Of a stretch of 64,000 bases of DNA, positions 1 through 9,239 are shown piece by piece (position 1 is the stretch's first letter; every line of letters starts with the position of its first letter). The position numbers and the translations under genes are program-made. The notes under the pieces were generated by a model that had not been told where the DNA came from, ran no database searches, and saw only the letters and a list, made by a program, of their open reading frames with translations. The DNA is taken from NCBI GenBank assembly GCA_964202905.1, contig CAXNJO010000001.1:64001-128000 (forward strand). Reading direction: 5' to 3'. Source of the DNA: Polyangiales bacterium (GTDB lineage: Bacteria; Myxococcota_A; Polyangia; Polyangiales; JADJQN01).

Positions 1-1
1 C

Positions 2-91
2 TTCTTCCCGGAGGCGCTCGAGACCTCGCGCATCGTCGGGGACGAGCCGAGCGCGCTGCTCGACCCCGACGAGCTCGAAGAGATCGCCTGA
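2..91 (+). CDS. 3' end of an unidentified CDS (partial)
   Basis: Open frame FFPEALETSRIVGDEPSALLDPDELEEIA* with G/C third positions, TGA at 89-91. Confidence 0.6.
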   Translation, partial: FFPEALETSRIVGDEPSALLDPDELEEIA

Positions 92-96
92 TCGCG

Positions 97-118
97 GCGG
101 CGCCCCGGGGGGCGCCGC
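97..118. terminator. GC hairpin between convergent genes
   Basis: gcggcgcccc-gg-ggggcgccgc perfect stem between stop codons at 91 and 129; no U-tract. Confidence 0.45.
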
Positions 119-128
119 GCGCGACGAC

Positions 129-797
129 TCAGCAGGCGGCGCCGGCCGGGATGCAGACGTAAGCGGGGCCCATCGTCGAGCGGCACGTCATGCACGACGA
201 GCCACTGGGGCAACCCGCCTCACGGCAGTCCGGCGCGGGGGGGCACGCGCCGTCGGACTGGTAGTCGGTGCCCATGCTCTGCGCCTCGCAGGCGTTCGGG
301 TAGGTCACGCCGTCGCAGCCGCAGACGGGCATGAAGATGCGCGAGCAGACCTCCGGGCGCGCCTCGCAGACGCCCATGCCGTCGGCGAAGCCGCAGTCGA
401 AGTCGACGGTGAAGTTGCAGAAGAGGCCGGGGCCGCACGGGCCCGCGCGACCGCCGCAGGCCTCGCCCGCCATGGCGCCCGTGCCGCCGTCGTCGCACTT
501 GATGATCCCGCACTCGCACGGATCGGCCGAGGGCTCGAGGGTGCAACCCGGGGGGATCGGCGGGCAGCGCGGCGGCGTGCACATGTCCTGCGCGCTGCTG
601 GCGTCCGTCGAGGCGCCGGCGTCGTCGCCGGCGGATGCGTCCGTATCCGTCGCGGCGTCGTCGCCCGTGGAGGCGTCACGGCCGGTGGAGAGGTCGGTGC
701 CCGCGTCGACGGGCGTGGGGGCGTCGTCGTCGTCGCCGCAGGCGGCGAGCGCGAGGGACAGGGTGAGGGCGAGGAGCGGGGCTCGAAGGAAGCGCAT
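129..797 (-). CDS. Cys-rich lipoprotein with Kazal-type domain (222 aa)
   Basis: ATG at 797 with AGGAG upstream; lipobox LAAC then GDDDDAP and a D-A-S/G linker; Kazal motif CSRIFMPVCGCDGVTYPNACEA. Confidence 0.8.
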   Translation of the reverse strand: MRFLRAPLLALTLSLALAACGDDDDAPTPVDAGTDLSTGRDASTGDDAATDTDASAGDDAGASTDASSAQDMCTPPRCPPIPPGCTLEPSADPCECGIIKCDDGGTGAMAGEACGGRAGPCGPGLFCNFTVDFDCGFADGMGVCEARPEVCSRIFMPVCGCDGVTYPNACEAQSMGTDYQSDGACPPAPDCREAGCPSGSSCMTCRSTMGPAYVCIPAGAAC

Positions 798-903
798 GCG
801 GGACTCCTGAAGGACGGCTGAAGGGGACCGCAGTATGTCACGCATGGACGCCGAGGCACGACGACGCGGCGTCGCGCGCGCGGGGCGGCTACGCTGCGCG
901 ACC

Positions 904-1488
904 GTGCGGCTCATCGACCTCCCCTCGCCCCCGCTCGACGACGGCGTCGTCCGGCTGCGCGGCTTCGACGACGACGACGTCGCGGCCGTCGTCCTCGCGT
1001 GCCAGGACCCGGAGATCCCGCGCTGGACGATCGTGCCCTCGCCCTACGGCGAGCGCGAGGCGCGCGCGTGGATCGAGACGCACGATCTGCTGCGCATCAC
1101 GGGCACCGCGGTGCCGCTCGCGATCGTCGACGCCGCGACGGGCGCGTTCGCGGGGTCGATCGGGGTGCACGACCTCGATGGCCGCAGCCGCAAGGGCGAG
1201 ATCGGTTATTGGGTTGCGCGCGGGCAGCGGGGACGCGGCGTCGCGACGCGCGCGCTGCGGCTCGTCGCGGCTTGGGCGCTCGGCGAGCTGGGGCTCGCGC
1301 GGCTCGAGCTGCTCGCGGACGTGCGCAACGTGGCCTCGCAGCGCGTGGCCGAGGGCGCGGGCTTCGTGCGGGAGGGCGTGCTGCGCTCCGCGCGCGAGAT
1401 CAAGGGCGCGCGCTGCGACATGGTGATGTACGCGCGGCTGCCCTCCGACCCGGCCGTGCCGGGACGAGGCGCCGCGCGCGGAGATTGA
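904..1488 (+). CDS. GNAT N-acetyltransferase, RimJ/RimL family
   Basis: GEIGYWVARGQRGRGVATRAL acetyl-CoA motif, NVASQRVAEGAGFVREG; GTG start at 904 chosen within ORF 835-1488. Confidence 0.88.
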   Translation: MRLIDLPSPPLDDGVVRLRGFDDDDVAAVVLACQDPEIPRWTIVPSPYGEREARAWIETHDLLRITGTAVPLAIVDAATGAFAGSIGVHDLDGRSRKGEIGYWVARGQRGRGVATRALRLVAAWALGELGLARLELLADVRNVASQRVAEGAGFVREGVLRSAREIKGARCDMVMYARLPSDPAVPGRGAARGD

Positions 1489-1528
1489 AGGCTCACGCCG
1501 GGCGCGCGGGACGGTCTATCATCCGCCC

Positions 1529-3313
1529 GTGCCCACGAGCCGAGGCGAGAGCCTGCAGACCCTCGCGCCCCTCGTCGAGCGCGCGCCGGTCGCGGCGTTG
1601 TTCGTGCAGCGCGACGCCGCCGGGGAGCTCGTGCTCGCAGCGCACAACGCAGCCGCCGTGGCGCTCGACGCGGACCTCGCGCTCCGTCTCGGGCGCCGCC
1701 GCTCGGAGCTCGACGGCTGGAGCGCGGAGCTGCTCGCGCGCGCCGAGTATGTCTGGGGCGACGAGGTCGCGGTGCACACCTTCACGCCCCGCGCTGCGCA
1801 GGGCGGCGACGGGCGCACGCTCCGCGCGACGCTGCTCGAGCCTGCGCCCGGCCTCGTGCTCGCGTGGGTCGAGGATGTGACCGCCGCCGACGTGCGACAC
1901 GCGCAGGCCCACGAGGCGCAGCAGCTGATGGCCGTCGGCCGTCGCGCGGCCGAGCTCGCCGCCGAACTCGAGGACCTGTTCGCGACGATCGGCGGCGCCG
2001 CGAGCGGCGCGGCGGTGCTCTCGACGGATCCCGCCGTGCGCGAGGAACTCGAGACGATCCGCGCGTCGGCGCAGCGCGCGTCCGCGCTCGCGCAGGCGCT
2101 CGTCGCCGCCCCGCCCGCGTCCGAGCCGCTGCTCTTCGAGTTCGCGCTCGACGACATCGCCGCCGGGCTCGAGGCGCAGCTGTCGGCGGCGCTGCCGCCG
2201 GGCCTCCGCGCGCGGGTCGCGGGCTACGCGAGCGATTGGCGCGCCTGCCTCGACGCCGGGGACCTGCAGCGCTTCCTCGTGGAGCTCGGGCGCGCGGCGG
2301 GCGCGGCGCGTCCCCGCGAAGGCGCGCTCGTGTACGCGCTCGACGCGCTGCACGTCGGGCCCGGGGGGTTGCCGGAGGATCCGGCCGCCGCGAGCGGCGA
2401 GTTCCTGCGGATCCGCCTCTGGGACGAGGGGCCGGGCGGCGCAGGCGCGATCGCGGCGTGCGGCTTCGACGCGCTCTTCCACGCGGGGCCGGAGGCCATG
2501 TCCACGGGCGGCGACGCCCTCGCGATCGCGAATGGTTACGCGCGGATCCGTCAGGTCGGGGGGCATGCGCGCACCACGACGGACGACGCCGGACGCGCCG
2601 CCCTCGCGGTGTACCTGCCGCGCGCGCCACGGCTCGGCCCCGCGACGCTCCCCCCGCTCGAGGCCGCGACGCTCCTGCCCGACTCCGTGCCCCCCGACGG
2701 TCCCGCCACGGAGCGCCCCGCGCGGCCCGACTCGGGCGCGTACACGCGGCCCGTCACCGGCTCCTTCACCCGACCCGACACCGGCTCCTACACCCGGCCG
2801 GAGTCCGTCGAGCGCCCCACCCTCGCGCCGCGCCCATCGCTGCTGCCGCGCGCCTCGCGGCTGCCGCCGCGCGCGTCGATGTTTCCCCGCGCCTCGCGTC
2901 CGCCCGGCGCGTCGCGCCCGAGCCAGCCGCCAGCTGCCGCGCTGCGGCGGGCCGAGCGCGTGCTCGTCGCGGAGGATGAACCCCTCGTACGGAACGTCGT
3001 GGTGCGCACGCTGCGCGCCGCCGGCTACGACGTGGTCGCGGCGGTGAGCGGGGACGCGGCGCTCGCGCTCGCCCTCGCCGATCCGACGGGCTTCGACCTG
3101 CTCGTCTCGGACGTGCAAATGCCGGGGCTCGACGGTCAGCGCCTCGCGCAGGCGCTGCGCGAGCGGCAGCCGACGCTGAGCGTGCTCTTCATGTCGGGGT
3201 ACTCGGACGCCGCCTACGAGGGCGCGCCACTCACGCAAGGCGCCTCCTTCGTCGCCAAGCCGTTCACCGCGCGCGAGCTCGCCGCGGCCGCGCGGCGCGC
3301 GATCGATGGCTGA
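1529..3313 (+). CDS. Degenerate hybrid histidine-kinase-like protein with intact C-terminal receiver domain
   Basis: Receiver VLVAEDE...SDVQMPG...MSGY...FVAKPF; upstream remnants of H-box (VGRRAAELAAELEDL) and G1 box (WDEGPG). Confidence 0.8.
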   Translation: MPTSRGESLQTLAPLVERAPVAALFVQRDAAGELVLAAHNAAAVALDADLALRLGRRRSELDGWSAELLARAEYVWGDEVAVHTFTPRAAQGGDGRTLRATLLEPAPGLVLAWVEDVTAADVRHAQAHEAQQLMAVGRRAAELAAELEDLFATIGGAASGAAVLSTDPAVREELETIRASAQRASALAQALVAAPPASEPLLFEFALDDIAAGLEAQLSAALPPGLRARVAGYASDWRACLDAGDLQRFLVELGRAAGAARPREGALVYALDALHVGPGGLPEDPAAASGEFLRIRLWDEGPGGAGAIAACGFDALFHAGPEAMSTGGDALAIANGYARIRQVGGHARTTTDDAGRAALAVYLPRAPRLGPATLPPLEAATLLPDSVPPDGPATERPARPDSGAYTRPVTGSFTRPDTGSYTRPESVERPTLAPRPSLLPRASRLPPRASMFPRASRPPGASRPSQPPAAALRRAERVLVAEDEPLVRNVVVRTLRAAGYDVVAAVSGDAALALALADPTGFDLLVSDVQMPGLDGQRLAQALRERQPTLSVLFMSGYSDAAYEGAPLTQGASFVAKPFTARELAAAARRAIDG

Positions 3314-4037
3314 GCCGCCGACACCGCCGGGCAGCGCGCCCACCGGGGACGTGCGGGGCGCAGAGGACCTGCCGCTGCTCTACCGCGACGACGACCTCGT
3401 CGTGGCGGCCAAGCCCTCGGGGTTGCTCGTGCACCGCGGCGGCATGACGCGCGAGGCGGACGTCGCGATGGTGCGCGTGCGGCGGCAGCTCGGGCGGCAC
3501 GTGCACCCGGTCCACCGACTCGATCGCGGGACGAGCGGCGCGCTCGTGTTCGCGCTCTCGCCGGAGATGGCCGCCGCGCTCGGGCGCAGCTTCGCGGCGG
3601 GCGAGGTGCACAAGCGCTACCTCGCGCTCGTGCGTGGCGTCGCGCCCGCGCACTGCGTCGTCGATCACCCCGTACCGAAGGACGAAGGCGGCGAGCGTGT
3701 CCCCGCGGTCACCGAGCTCCGGCGACTCTGGGAGGGGCCGCACTGCTCGCTCGTGCTCGCGCTGCCGCGCACCGGCCGCTTCCACCAGGTGCGGCGACAC
3801 CTGAAGCACCTCCACCACCCCATCGTGGGAGATACTAATTACGGAGACGGCGCGACCAACCGTCGGTTCCGCGCGCTCGGGCTCCAGCGGCTCGCGCTGC
3901 ATGCGCTCGGGCTCACGCTGCCGCACCCGCGCACCGGCGCGCCGCTCGGGGTGTACGCGCCTCTCCCCGCCGACCTCGACGCACCGCTCGCGGCCCTCGG
4001 CGTCCCGCCCGCGCTGCGCGAGGCCGAGCCTGCGTGA
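3306..4037 (+). CDS. truC: tRNA pseudouridine synthase C (RluA family)
   Basis: KPSGLLVH, HRLDRGTSG (catalytic Asp), TGRFHQVRRHL, HPIVGD; no S4 domain. Confidence 0.85.
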   Translation: MAEPPTPPGSAPTGDVRGAEDLPLLYRDDDLVVAAKPSGLLVHRGGMTREADVAMVRVRRQLGRHVHPVHRLDRGTSGALVFALSPEMAAALGRSFAAGEVHKRYLALVRGVAPAHCVVDHPVPKDEGGERVPAVTELRRLWEGPHCSLVLALPRTGRFHQVRRHLKHLHHPIVGDTNYGDGATNRRFRALGLQRLALHALGLTLPHPRTGAPLGVYAPLPADLDAPLAALGVPPALREAEPA

Positions 4038-4152
4038 CGTGGGCCGCGCGCCGCGTCACGGCGTGCGTCGGCGCGGCGTGCCACGTCGCCGAGCGCGACG
4101 CGCGCCCCGACGTGAAGTTGCCCACGCGCAGCGCCGGGCCCACCTTCGCGGC

Positions 4153-4512
4153 ATGTGCCGACTCGCCGCCCCCGCTGCGCTCTTCGCCTCCCTCGCGCTC
4201 GCGCTCGCGCTGCTCGTGCCGGGCGTGCGCGCCGACGAGACGGGCCGCCACCCCGCGTGCATCGAGGTCCGCGGCGAGGCGCGCTACGGCGCGCAGGGCT
4301 ACGACCACCACGTGCTCGTCCGCAACGGCTGCGACCGCGAGGCGCGCTGCAGCGTGACGACGGATGTGAACCCGCAGCCCGCGCCGCTCACGGTCGCGCC
4401 GGGGGCGACGGGGCACGTCGTGATGTGGCGCGGCTCGCCCGCGCGCGTGTTCGCGCCACGCGCCGATTGCACGCTCGTCGGGGCCCCCCCAACGGACACC
4501 GACACCCCGTGA
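4153..4512 (+). CDS. Small secreted hypothetical protein (119 aa, 4 Cys in mature part)
   Basis: Signal peptide ending VRA|DET; stop overlaps arfB start (GTGA). Confidence 0.7.
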   Translation: MCRLAAPAALFASLALALALLVPGVRADETGRHPACIEVRGEARYGAQGYDHHVLVRNGCDREARCSVTTDVNPQPAPLTVAPGATGHVVMWRGSPARVFAPRADCTLVGAPPTDTDTP

Positions 4513-4940
4513 GCGGCGCCCCGCTCGAGATCGACCCGCGCGTGACGCTCCCCGCGCACGAGCTCACCTGGACCGCCGTGCGCGCGGGCGGTCCCGGCGG
4601 ACAGAACGTCAACAAGGTCGCCTCGAAGGTAGAGCTGCGCTTCGACCTCGCGGGCACGCGCGCGCTCGCGCCGGACGTGAAGGCGCGCCTGCGCAAGCTC
4701 GCGGCCGGCCGCCTCGACGCCGAGGGCCGCATCCTGCTGACGAGCCAGCGCACACGGGATCAGGCGAAGAACCTCGCCGACGCGCGCGACAAGCTCGCCG
4801 AGCTCGTGCGGCGCGCGCTCTTCGTGCCGAAGGCGCGGCGCGCGACGAAGCCGACCCGCGGCTCGCAGGAGCGCCGCCTCGAAGGCAAACGGCGCGACGC
4901 GCGGGTCAAGGCCGGGCGCGGCAAGACGGGCGACGACTGA
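4509..4940 (+). CDS. arfB: Alternative ribosome rescue factor ArfB (YaeJ)
   Basis: GGPGGQNVNKVASKVELRF (GGQ motif), basic tail RRATKPTRGSQERRLEGKRR. Confidence 0.93.
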   Translation: MSGAPLEIDPRVTLPAHELTWTAVRAGGPGGQNVNKVASKVELRFDLAGTRALAPDVKARLRKLAAGRLDAEGRILLTSQRTRDQAKNLADARDKLAELVRRALFVPKARRATKPTRGSQERRLEGKRRDARVKAGRGKTGDD

Positions 4941-4967
4941 GCCGCAACGACTGAGCCGCAACGACTG
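4933..4967. repeat. 14-bp tandem repeat (2.5 copies) spanning the arfB stop codon
   Basis: acgactgagccgca x2 + acgactg. Confidence 0.85.
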
Positions 4968-5214
4968 GGCGGCGCCATCGGCGCGCGCGAGGCGTGCCGC
5001 CCGGGCCGGGGTGGGAGGCCGCAGGCGCCCGCAGAGGTCGAAGCGCACGGCGGCCGCGTCCTCGCCGAGGCGCGGGCAGACGGCGGGGCGCGCGTGGGAT
5101 TCACGCTGCCAGGGCGCGCCTCCCAGTCGGCGCGCTGCGCCGCCAGAAACGCGCGAGGCCGGGCGAGGGTCCCACCCCCACCCGGCCTCCCGACGACGTA
5201 CCGCGATCCGATGC

Positions 5215-7131
5215 TCAGCGGCGGCGACGACGCCGCGCGGTCACGCCGATCGCGAGGAGCGCGAGCACGACGGCCGCGCCGCGATCGCCGCGCGACGTGG
5301 GCACCGCGCAGCCGCACGCGCCGCCTGCGAGGGCGCCGGGCTTGCCGCCCGCGTCGGGCGCGCCTGCATCGACCTCGGGCGTGCCCGCGTCGACCTCGGG
5401 CGTGCCCGCGTCGACCTCCGGCAGCGCGACGCAGTCACCCGACGTCGCGTCGCAGGTGGGCGTCTCCGCCCGCGCCGCGCAGTCGGCGTCGTCCGTGCAG
5501 CCACCGCAGCCGCGCGGTGCACCGGCGCAGACCGGGTCGGTCACCGGGCAGTCGCCGTCGCCGCCGCAGCCGCCGCAAGTCGAGGTCGCGAGGTCGCAGA
5601 AGGGCGTCGTGCCGCTGCAATCGGCGTCCGTGACGCAGCCGACGCAGCCGGCGGCGCCCGCCGTGTCGGTCGCGCAGATCGGCGTCGCGATGGTGCAGCC
5701 GTCGTCGACCGCAGCCAGGGCCGCAGAGTCCTCGCACAGCGCGCACGCGTTGCCGGTGTCGGTCGCCACGCAGGCCGGGGTGGTGCCACCGCAGCCCGGG
5801 TCGGCCATGCCCGACGCGGCGTCCTCGCAGGGCTGACACGCGGGCACGCCGTCGTCGCCGACGAGGCAGATCGGGGACGCCATGCTGCAGCCGAGGTCGA
5901 TGCCCGTGCCGGTCGTGGTGTTCACGCAGGGGAGGCACTGCGCGCCCGACGCCGCACCGTCGCAGACGCCGCCAGCGCAGGCCGTACCGGCCGGCTCGGG
6001 GGCCCTGCCGCACGCCAGGCCGAGACACGCGTCGACGGTGCAGGGGTTCCCGTCGTCGCAGTCGAGCGCCGAGGTGCACGCGACGCACGCGTACGTGCCG
6101 CCGCGGCCGATCGCGCAGTTGGGCACCGCGCCCGTGCAGCCGAGATCGATCCCCGTGCCGGGGTCGCTGTCGATGCACGACTCACACACCGGCGCGCCGG
6201 TGCCGCTGGTGCGGCAGTGCGCGTTCGGGCGGCCGCAGCCCGAGTCGGTCGTCGTGGCCTGGTCGTCGATGCAGTCGACGCAGACGTTGGCGCGCGGGGA
6301 GCCGGTGCAGACGGAGCCGAGCGCGCAGTCGCCGCGCTGCCCGCGGGCGACGGAGGCGTACACACAGGTGTTCGTCGCCGTGCAGGAGTCCACCGTGCAG
6401 GGCCGACCGTCGTCGCAGTCCGCGGCGGTCACGCAGGCGACGCAGCGCGCCGTCGCGTCCGCCCCGATGCAGTTCGGGAGCACGGACGTGCAGCCCGTGT
6501 CGACCCCGGTGCCGCTGTCGATGCACGCCGGCGGCGTGATCTCCGTGGTGCGCGTCCGGAAGAGCACGCGGCGCGACGACGTGGCGATCCCGGCGCCCCA
6601 CACCCACTGCGGCGACGGGGACCACCCGCACGAATTGCCACCATCCCAGCCGGTGGTGACACCGACCCAGGTGCAGGCCGGGATCCGCGCGTTCGCGAAC
6701 GACACCCAGCCGCCCGTGGGCTCGGACGACCCGGAGTGCGCACCCAGGTCGCACGCCTGCCACTCGCCGCCGGTGGTGTTGGTGTTCAGCACGACCCCGC
6801 CGACCGAGTCGAGGAAGGTCGCGGTCAACGACGTGAACCCGTCGTTGTCGCCGGCCGCGAGGATATAGGCGTATTCGTTCGCGGCGAGCGTCGCCGAGTC
6901 GACCGAGTACGTCTCCCACCCGGTGCAGCAGCGGATGTCGCACGCGAGCGAGTTCCAGACCCACGCGGACGAGCCGGTCGTCCCGACGGTCGTCGCCGAC
7001 CCGAAGCCGAACGCGTAGCCGTTGTTCGCGGTGATGCGGGCCGTCACCTGCGCCTCCGCGCTCACGCCCACGCCCGCGAGCGCCGCGACGAACCCGAGCG
7101 CTGCCACACCAAACCGTTCGAACCTTCGCAT
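5215..7131 (-). CDS. Cys-rich surface protein with MYXO-CTERM anchor, TraA-like architecture (638 aa)
   Basis: ATG 7131 with GGAGG; signal peptide AEA|Q; ~175-aa Trp-rich head; many CxxC..D.DC repeats; EVDAGTP linker; GGACGCAV...hydrophobic...RRRRRR tail. Confidence 0.85.
   Translation of the reverse strand: MRRFERFGVAALGFVAALAGVGVSAEAQVTARITANNGYAFGFGSATTVGTTGSSAWVWNSLACDIRCCTGWETYSVDSATLAANEYAYILAAGDNDGFTSLTATFLDSVGGVVLNTNTTGGEWQACDLGAHSGSSEPTGGWVSFANARIPACTWVGVTTGWDGGNSCGWSPSPQWVWGAGIATSSRRVLFRTRTTEITPPACIDSGTGVDTGCTSVLPNCIGADATARCVACVTAADCDDGRPCTVDSCTATNTCVYASVARGQRGDCALGSVCTGSPRANVCVDCIDDQATTTDSGCGRPNAHCRTSGTGAPVCESCIDSDPGTGIDLGCTGAVPNCAIGRGGTYACVACTSALDCDDGNPCTVDACLGLACGRAPEPAGTACAGGVCDGAASGAQCLPCVNTTTGTGIDLGCSMASPICLVGDDGVPACQPCEDAASGMADPGCGGTTPACVATDTGNACALCEDSAALAAVDDGCTIATPICATDTAGAAGCVGCVTDADCSGTTPFCDLATSTCGGCGGDGDCPVTDPVCAGAPRGCGGCTDDADCAARAETPTCDATSGDCVALPEVDAGTPEVDAGTPEVDAGAPDAGGKPGALAGGACGCAVPTSRGDRGAAVVLALLAIGVTARRRRRR
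5369..5418. repeat. 21-bp coding tandem repeat (EVDAGTP linker)
   Basis: tcgacctcgggcgtgcccgcg x2 + tcgacctc. Confidence 0.85.
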
Positions 7132-7174
7132 GCCGCCTCCGTGGGCCGCGCACGCGGCCCCATGTGTCCTTCGC

Positions 7175-8983
7175 TCAGTACGCACGCACACACCCGTCCA
7201 GGGTCCGCGCGCCTTGCGGCGGCGCGGGCTCGACGACGTGGAACTCGACGCGCCGGTTGGCCTGGCGCCCCTCGTCGTTGCCGTTGGTGGCGGTCGGGTG
7301 CATCTCGCCGCAGCCCCAGCCCTCCATCCGCACGCCGGCGATCCCGTGCTCGACGAGCCACCGGACCACGCTCGCCGCGCGCCGGGTCGACAGCGCGAGG
7401 TTCGCGGCGTCGGCACCGCGGTCGTCGGTGTGCCCTTCGATCCCGAACCGCGTGATCTGCTCGTTCGCCGCGAGGATCGCGCGGACCTCGTCGAGGATCG
7501 GGTAGCTGCGGTCGAGGATCACGTCGCGGTTCGTCGCGAACTCGACCCGCTGGAGGATGAAGATCGTGCCCGTCTCGACGTCGAACCGCACGGTCCGCGG
7601 GCAGCCGCCGTCCTCGGGACGGCCCGGCGCAAGCGGGCAGCGATCGCTCGGATCGAGCACGGTGTCGCGGTCGTTGTCGGTCTCGGGGCAGCCGTCCGCG
7701 TCCTGGAAGCCGTCGACGTCCTCGGCCTCGGTGCGGCACGCATCGCGCGCATCGAGCACGCCGTCGCCGTCGTCGTCCGGGTCGGGCACGCCATCGGCGT
7801 CCTCGAAGCCGTCGCGGTCCTCGGGGTCCATCGGCGCGCCGTCGCGGGCGTCGGGCACGCCGTCGGCGTCGTTGTCGGGATCGGGGCAACCGTCGGCGTC
7901 CTCGAAGCCGTCGACGTCCTCCGCCTCGTTCACACAACGGTCCGCGTCGTCGAGGATGCCGTCGCCATCGGCATCGCGGACGTCGGGGGCGGCGGTCGCG
8001 ACCGGCGCCGACCCGCACGCCGAGGCCGAGTAGCCGACCGAGAGGACGGTGCGGAGATCCGGCGCGCCGTAGCCGCGGCTCAGGCCGGTGCCGCCCGCGA
8101 CGCCGATGTGCACGCCGCAGACGGGCTGCGCGCGAACACCGAGCAGCGCCTCGAAGGGCGAGGTCTCCCGCGAGAACGCAGAGTCCAGCGTCGTCGCGCC
8201 GAACATCTCGAGGTGCGCGCTGACCGACGCGCCCGCGTCGTTGTCCCAGAGCGGCGCCGAGAGCGCGGCGCCGAGCGTGAGCTCGTGGCTGACCCCGAGG
8301 GTCTCGAGCCGCGAGCGATCGACCGCGCGGACGCGCCCGCCGACGTTCACGGTGAAGCGGATCCCCGCGCCGCGGACCTCCGCGAGGAGCTCGGGGTGCA
8401 CGATCGCGCCCTGATCGCCCGCGTAGCGCGTCGCCTCGTTCGACCAGCGCGCCGTCGGCAGCGAGAGGCTCGCCTGCAGCGCGAGCGCGAAGGCGTCATC
8501 CCGCCCGCCGACGAGCCGCACGCGGCCGCCGAGCCAGGCGTCGCCGAGGCCCGCGCCGTCCGCGGGCTGGATCGGCGCCGCGGGCGCATCGACCCCGTCC
8601 ATCACGAGGTTCACCGGGAGCCCCGCGTAGAAGACGACGCGATCGGCGAGGCCGTACGAGAAGGTCGCGTGGGCGGCGAGCTGGTGCGCGACGACGGCGT
8701 AGCGCTCGGAGGCTGCGCTGCCCGGCGTCGCCTCGTAGACGAGCGGGTTCAGCGCGTAATCGAGCGTGAGCGCGGCGCCGAGCTGCCCGTCACCGCGTGC
8801 GTCCGGGCGGTTGACGACGAACCCGTCCTCCGCGGTCACGCCGGGGCGAAACTGGTCGAGCGTGACGCTCGCGCCGTCCTGCGCCGAGGCCACCGCCGCG
8901 GACCCGAGCCCGCAACCGAGGGCGACGACGGCCGCGGCCGCACCGGACACCGGGCGCGCGCGGCGCCCACCCTGCTGAGACAT
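7175..8983 (-). CDS. OmpA-family outer-membrane protein: N-terminal beta-barrel, TSP3 repeats, OmpA_C (TraB-like, 602 aa)
   Basis: Signal peptide ASA|Q; DADGDGILDDADRC...EDVDGFEDADGCPD repeats; IEGHTDDRG, NLALSTRRAASV, GRQANRRVEF. Confidence 0.9.
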   Translation of the reverse strand: MSQQGGRRARPVSGAAAAVVALGCGLGSAAVASAQDGASVTLDQFRPGVTAEDGFVVNRPDARGDGQLGAALTLDYALNPLVYEATPGSAASERYAVVAHQLAAHATFSYGLADRVVFYAGLPVNLVMDGVDAPAAPIQPADGAGLGDAWLGGRVRLVGGRDDAFALALQASLSLPTARWSNEATRYAGDQGAIVHPELLAEVRGAGIRFTVNVGGRVRAVDRSRLETLGVSHELTLGAALSAPLWDNDAGASVSAHLEMFGATTLDSAFSRETSPFEALLGVRAQPVCGVHIGVAGGTGLSRGYGAPDLRTVLSVGYSASACGSAPVATAAPDVRDADGDGILDDADRCVNEAEDVDGFEDADGCPDPDNDADGVPDARDGAPMDPEDRDGFEDADGVPDPDDDGDGVLDARDACRTEAEDVDGFQDADGCPETDNDRDTVLDPSDRCPLAPGRPEDGGCPRTVRFDVETGTIFILQRVEFATNRDVILDRSYPILDEVRAILAANEQITRFGIEGHTDDRGADAANLALSTRRAASVVRWLVEHGIAGVRMEGWGCGEMHPTATNGNDEGRQANRRVEFHVVEPAPPQGARTLDGCVRAY

Positions 8984-9239
8984 CTTTGAAGTGCGACGCG
9001 CCACGATCTCTCCTCCAGCCGGCGCCGTGTCCCGAGTTCGGGACAGGGGCATATCCTCGGAAGTGGCTGAGGAGAGGCCGCTGGAGCGTCCGTGTCAAGC
9101 ATCCGTGTCCGGCCGCGGCGGCGGGGACGCGGCGTTGGGACCGCGGCACGGGCCCCGCGTGACACGCCCGGACCCGGCCGCCGCAGCCCCGCGCCGGGAC
9201 GCCGTGCTAGCCTCGCGCGGCGGGCCGTAAGTATCGGTT

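Noticed and set aside
7660..7985. Internal DNA repeats (gaagccgtcg... units) as mobile or regulatory repeats
   Set aside because: Explained by the TSP3 protein repeats
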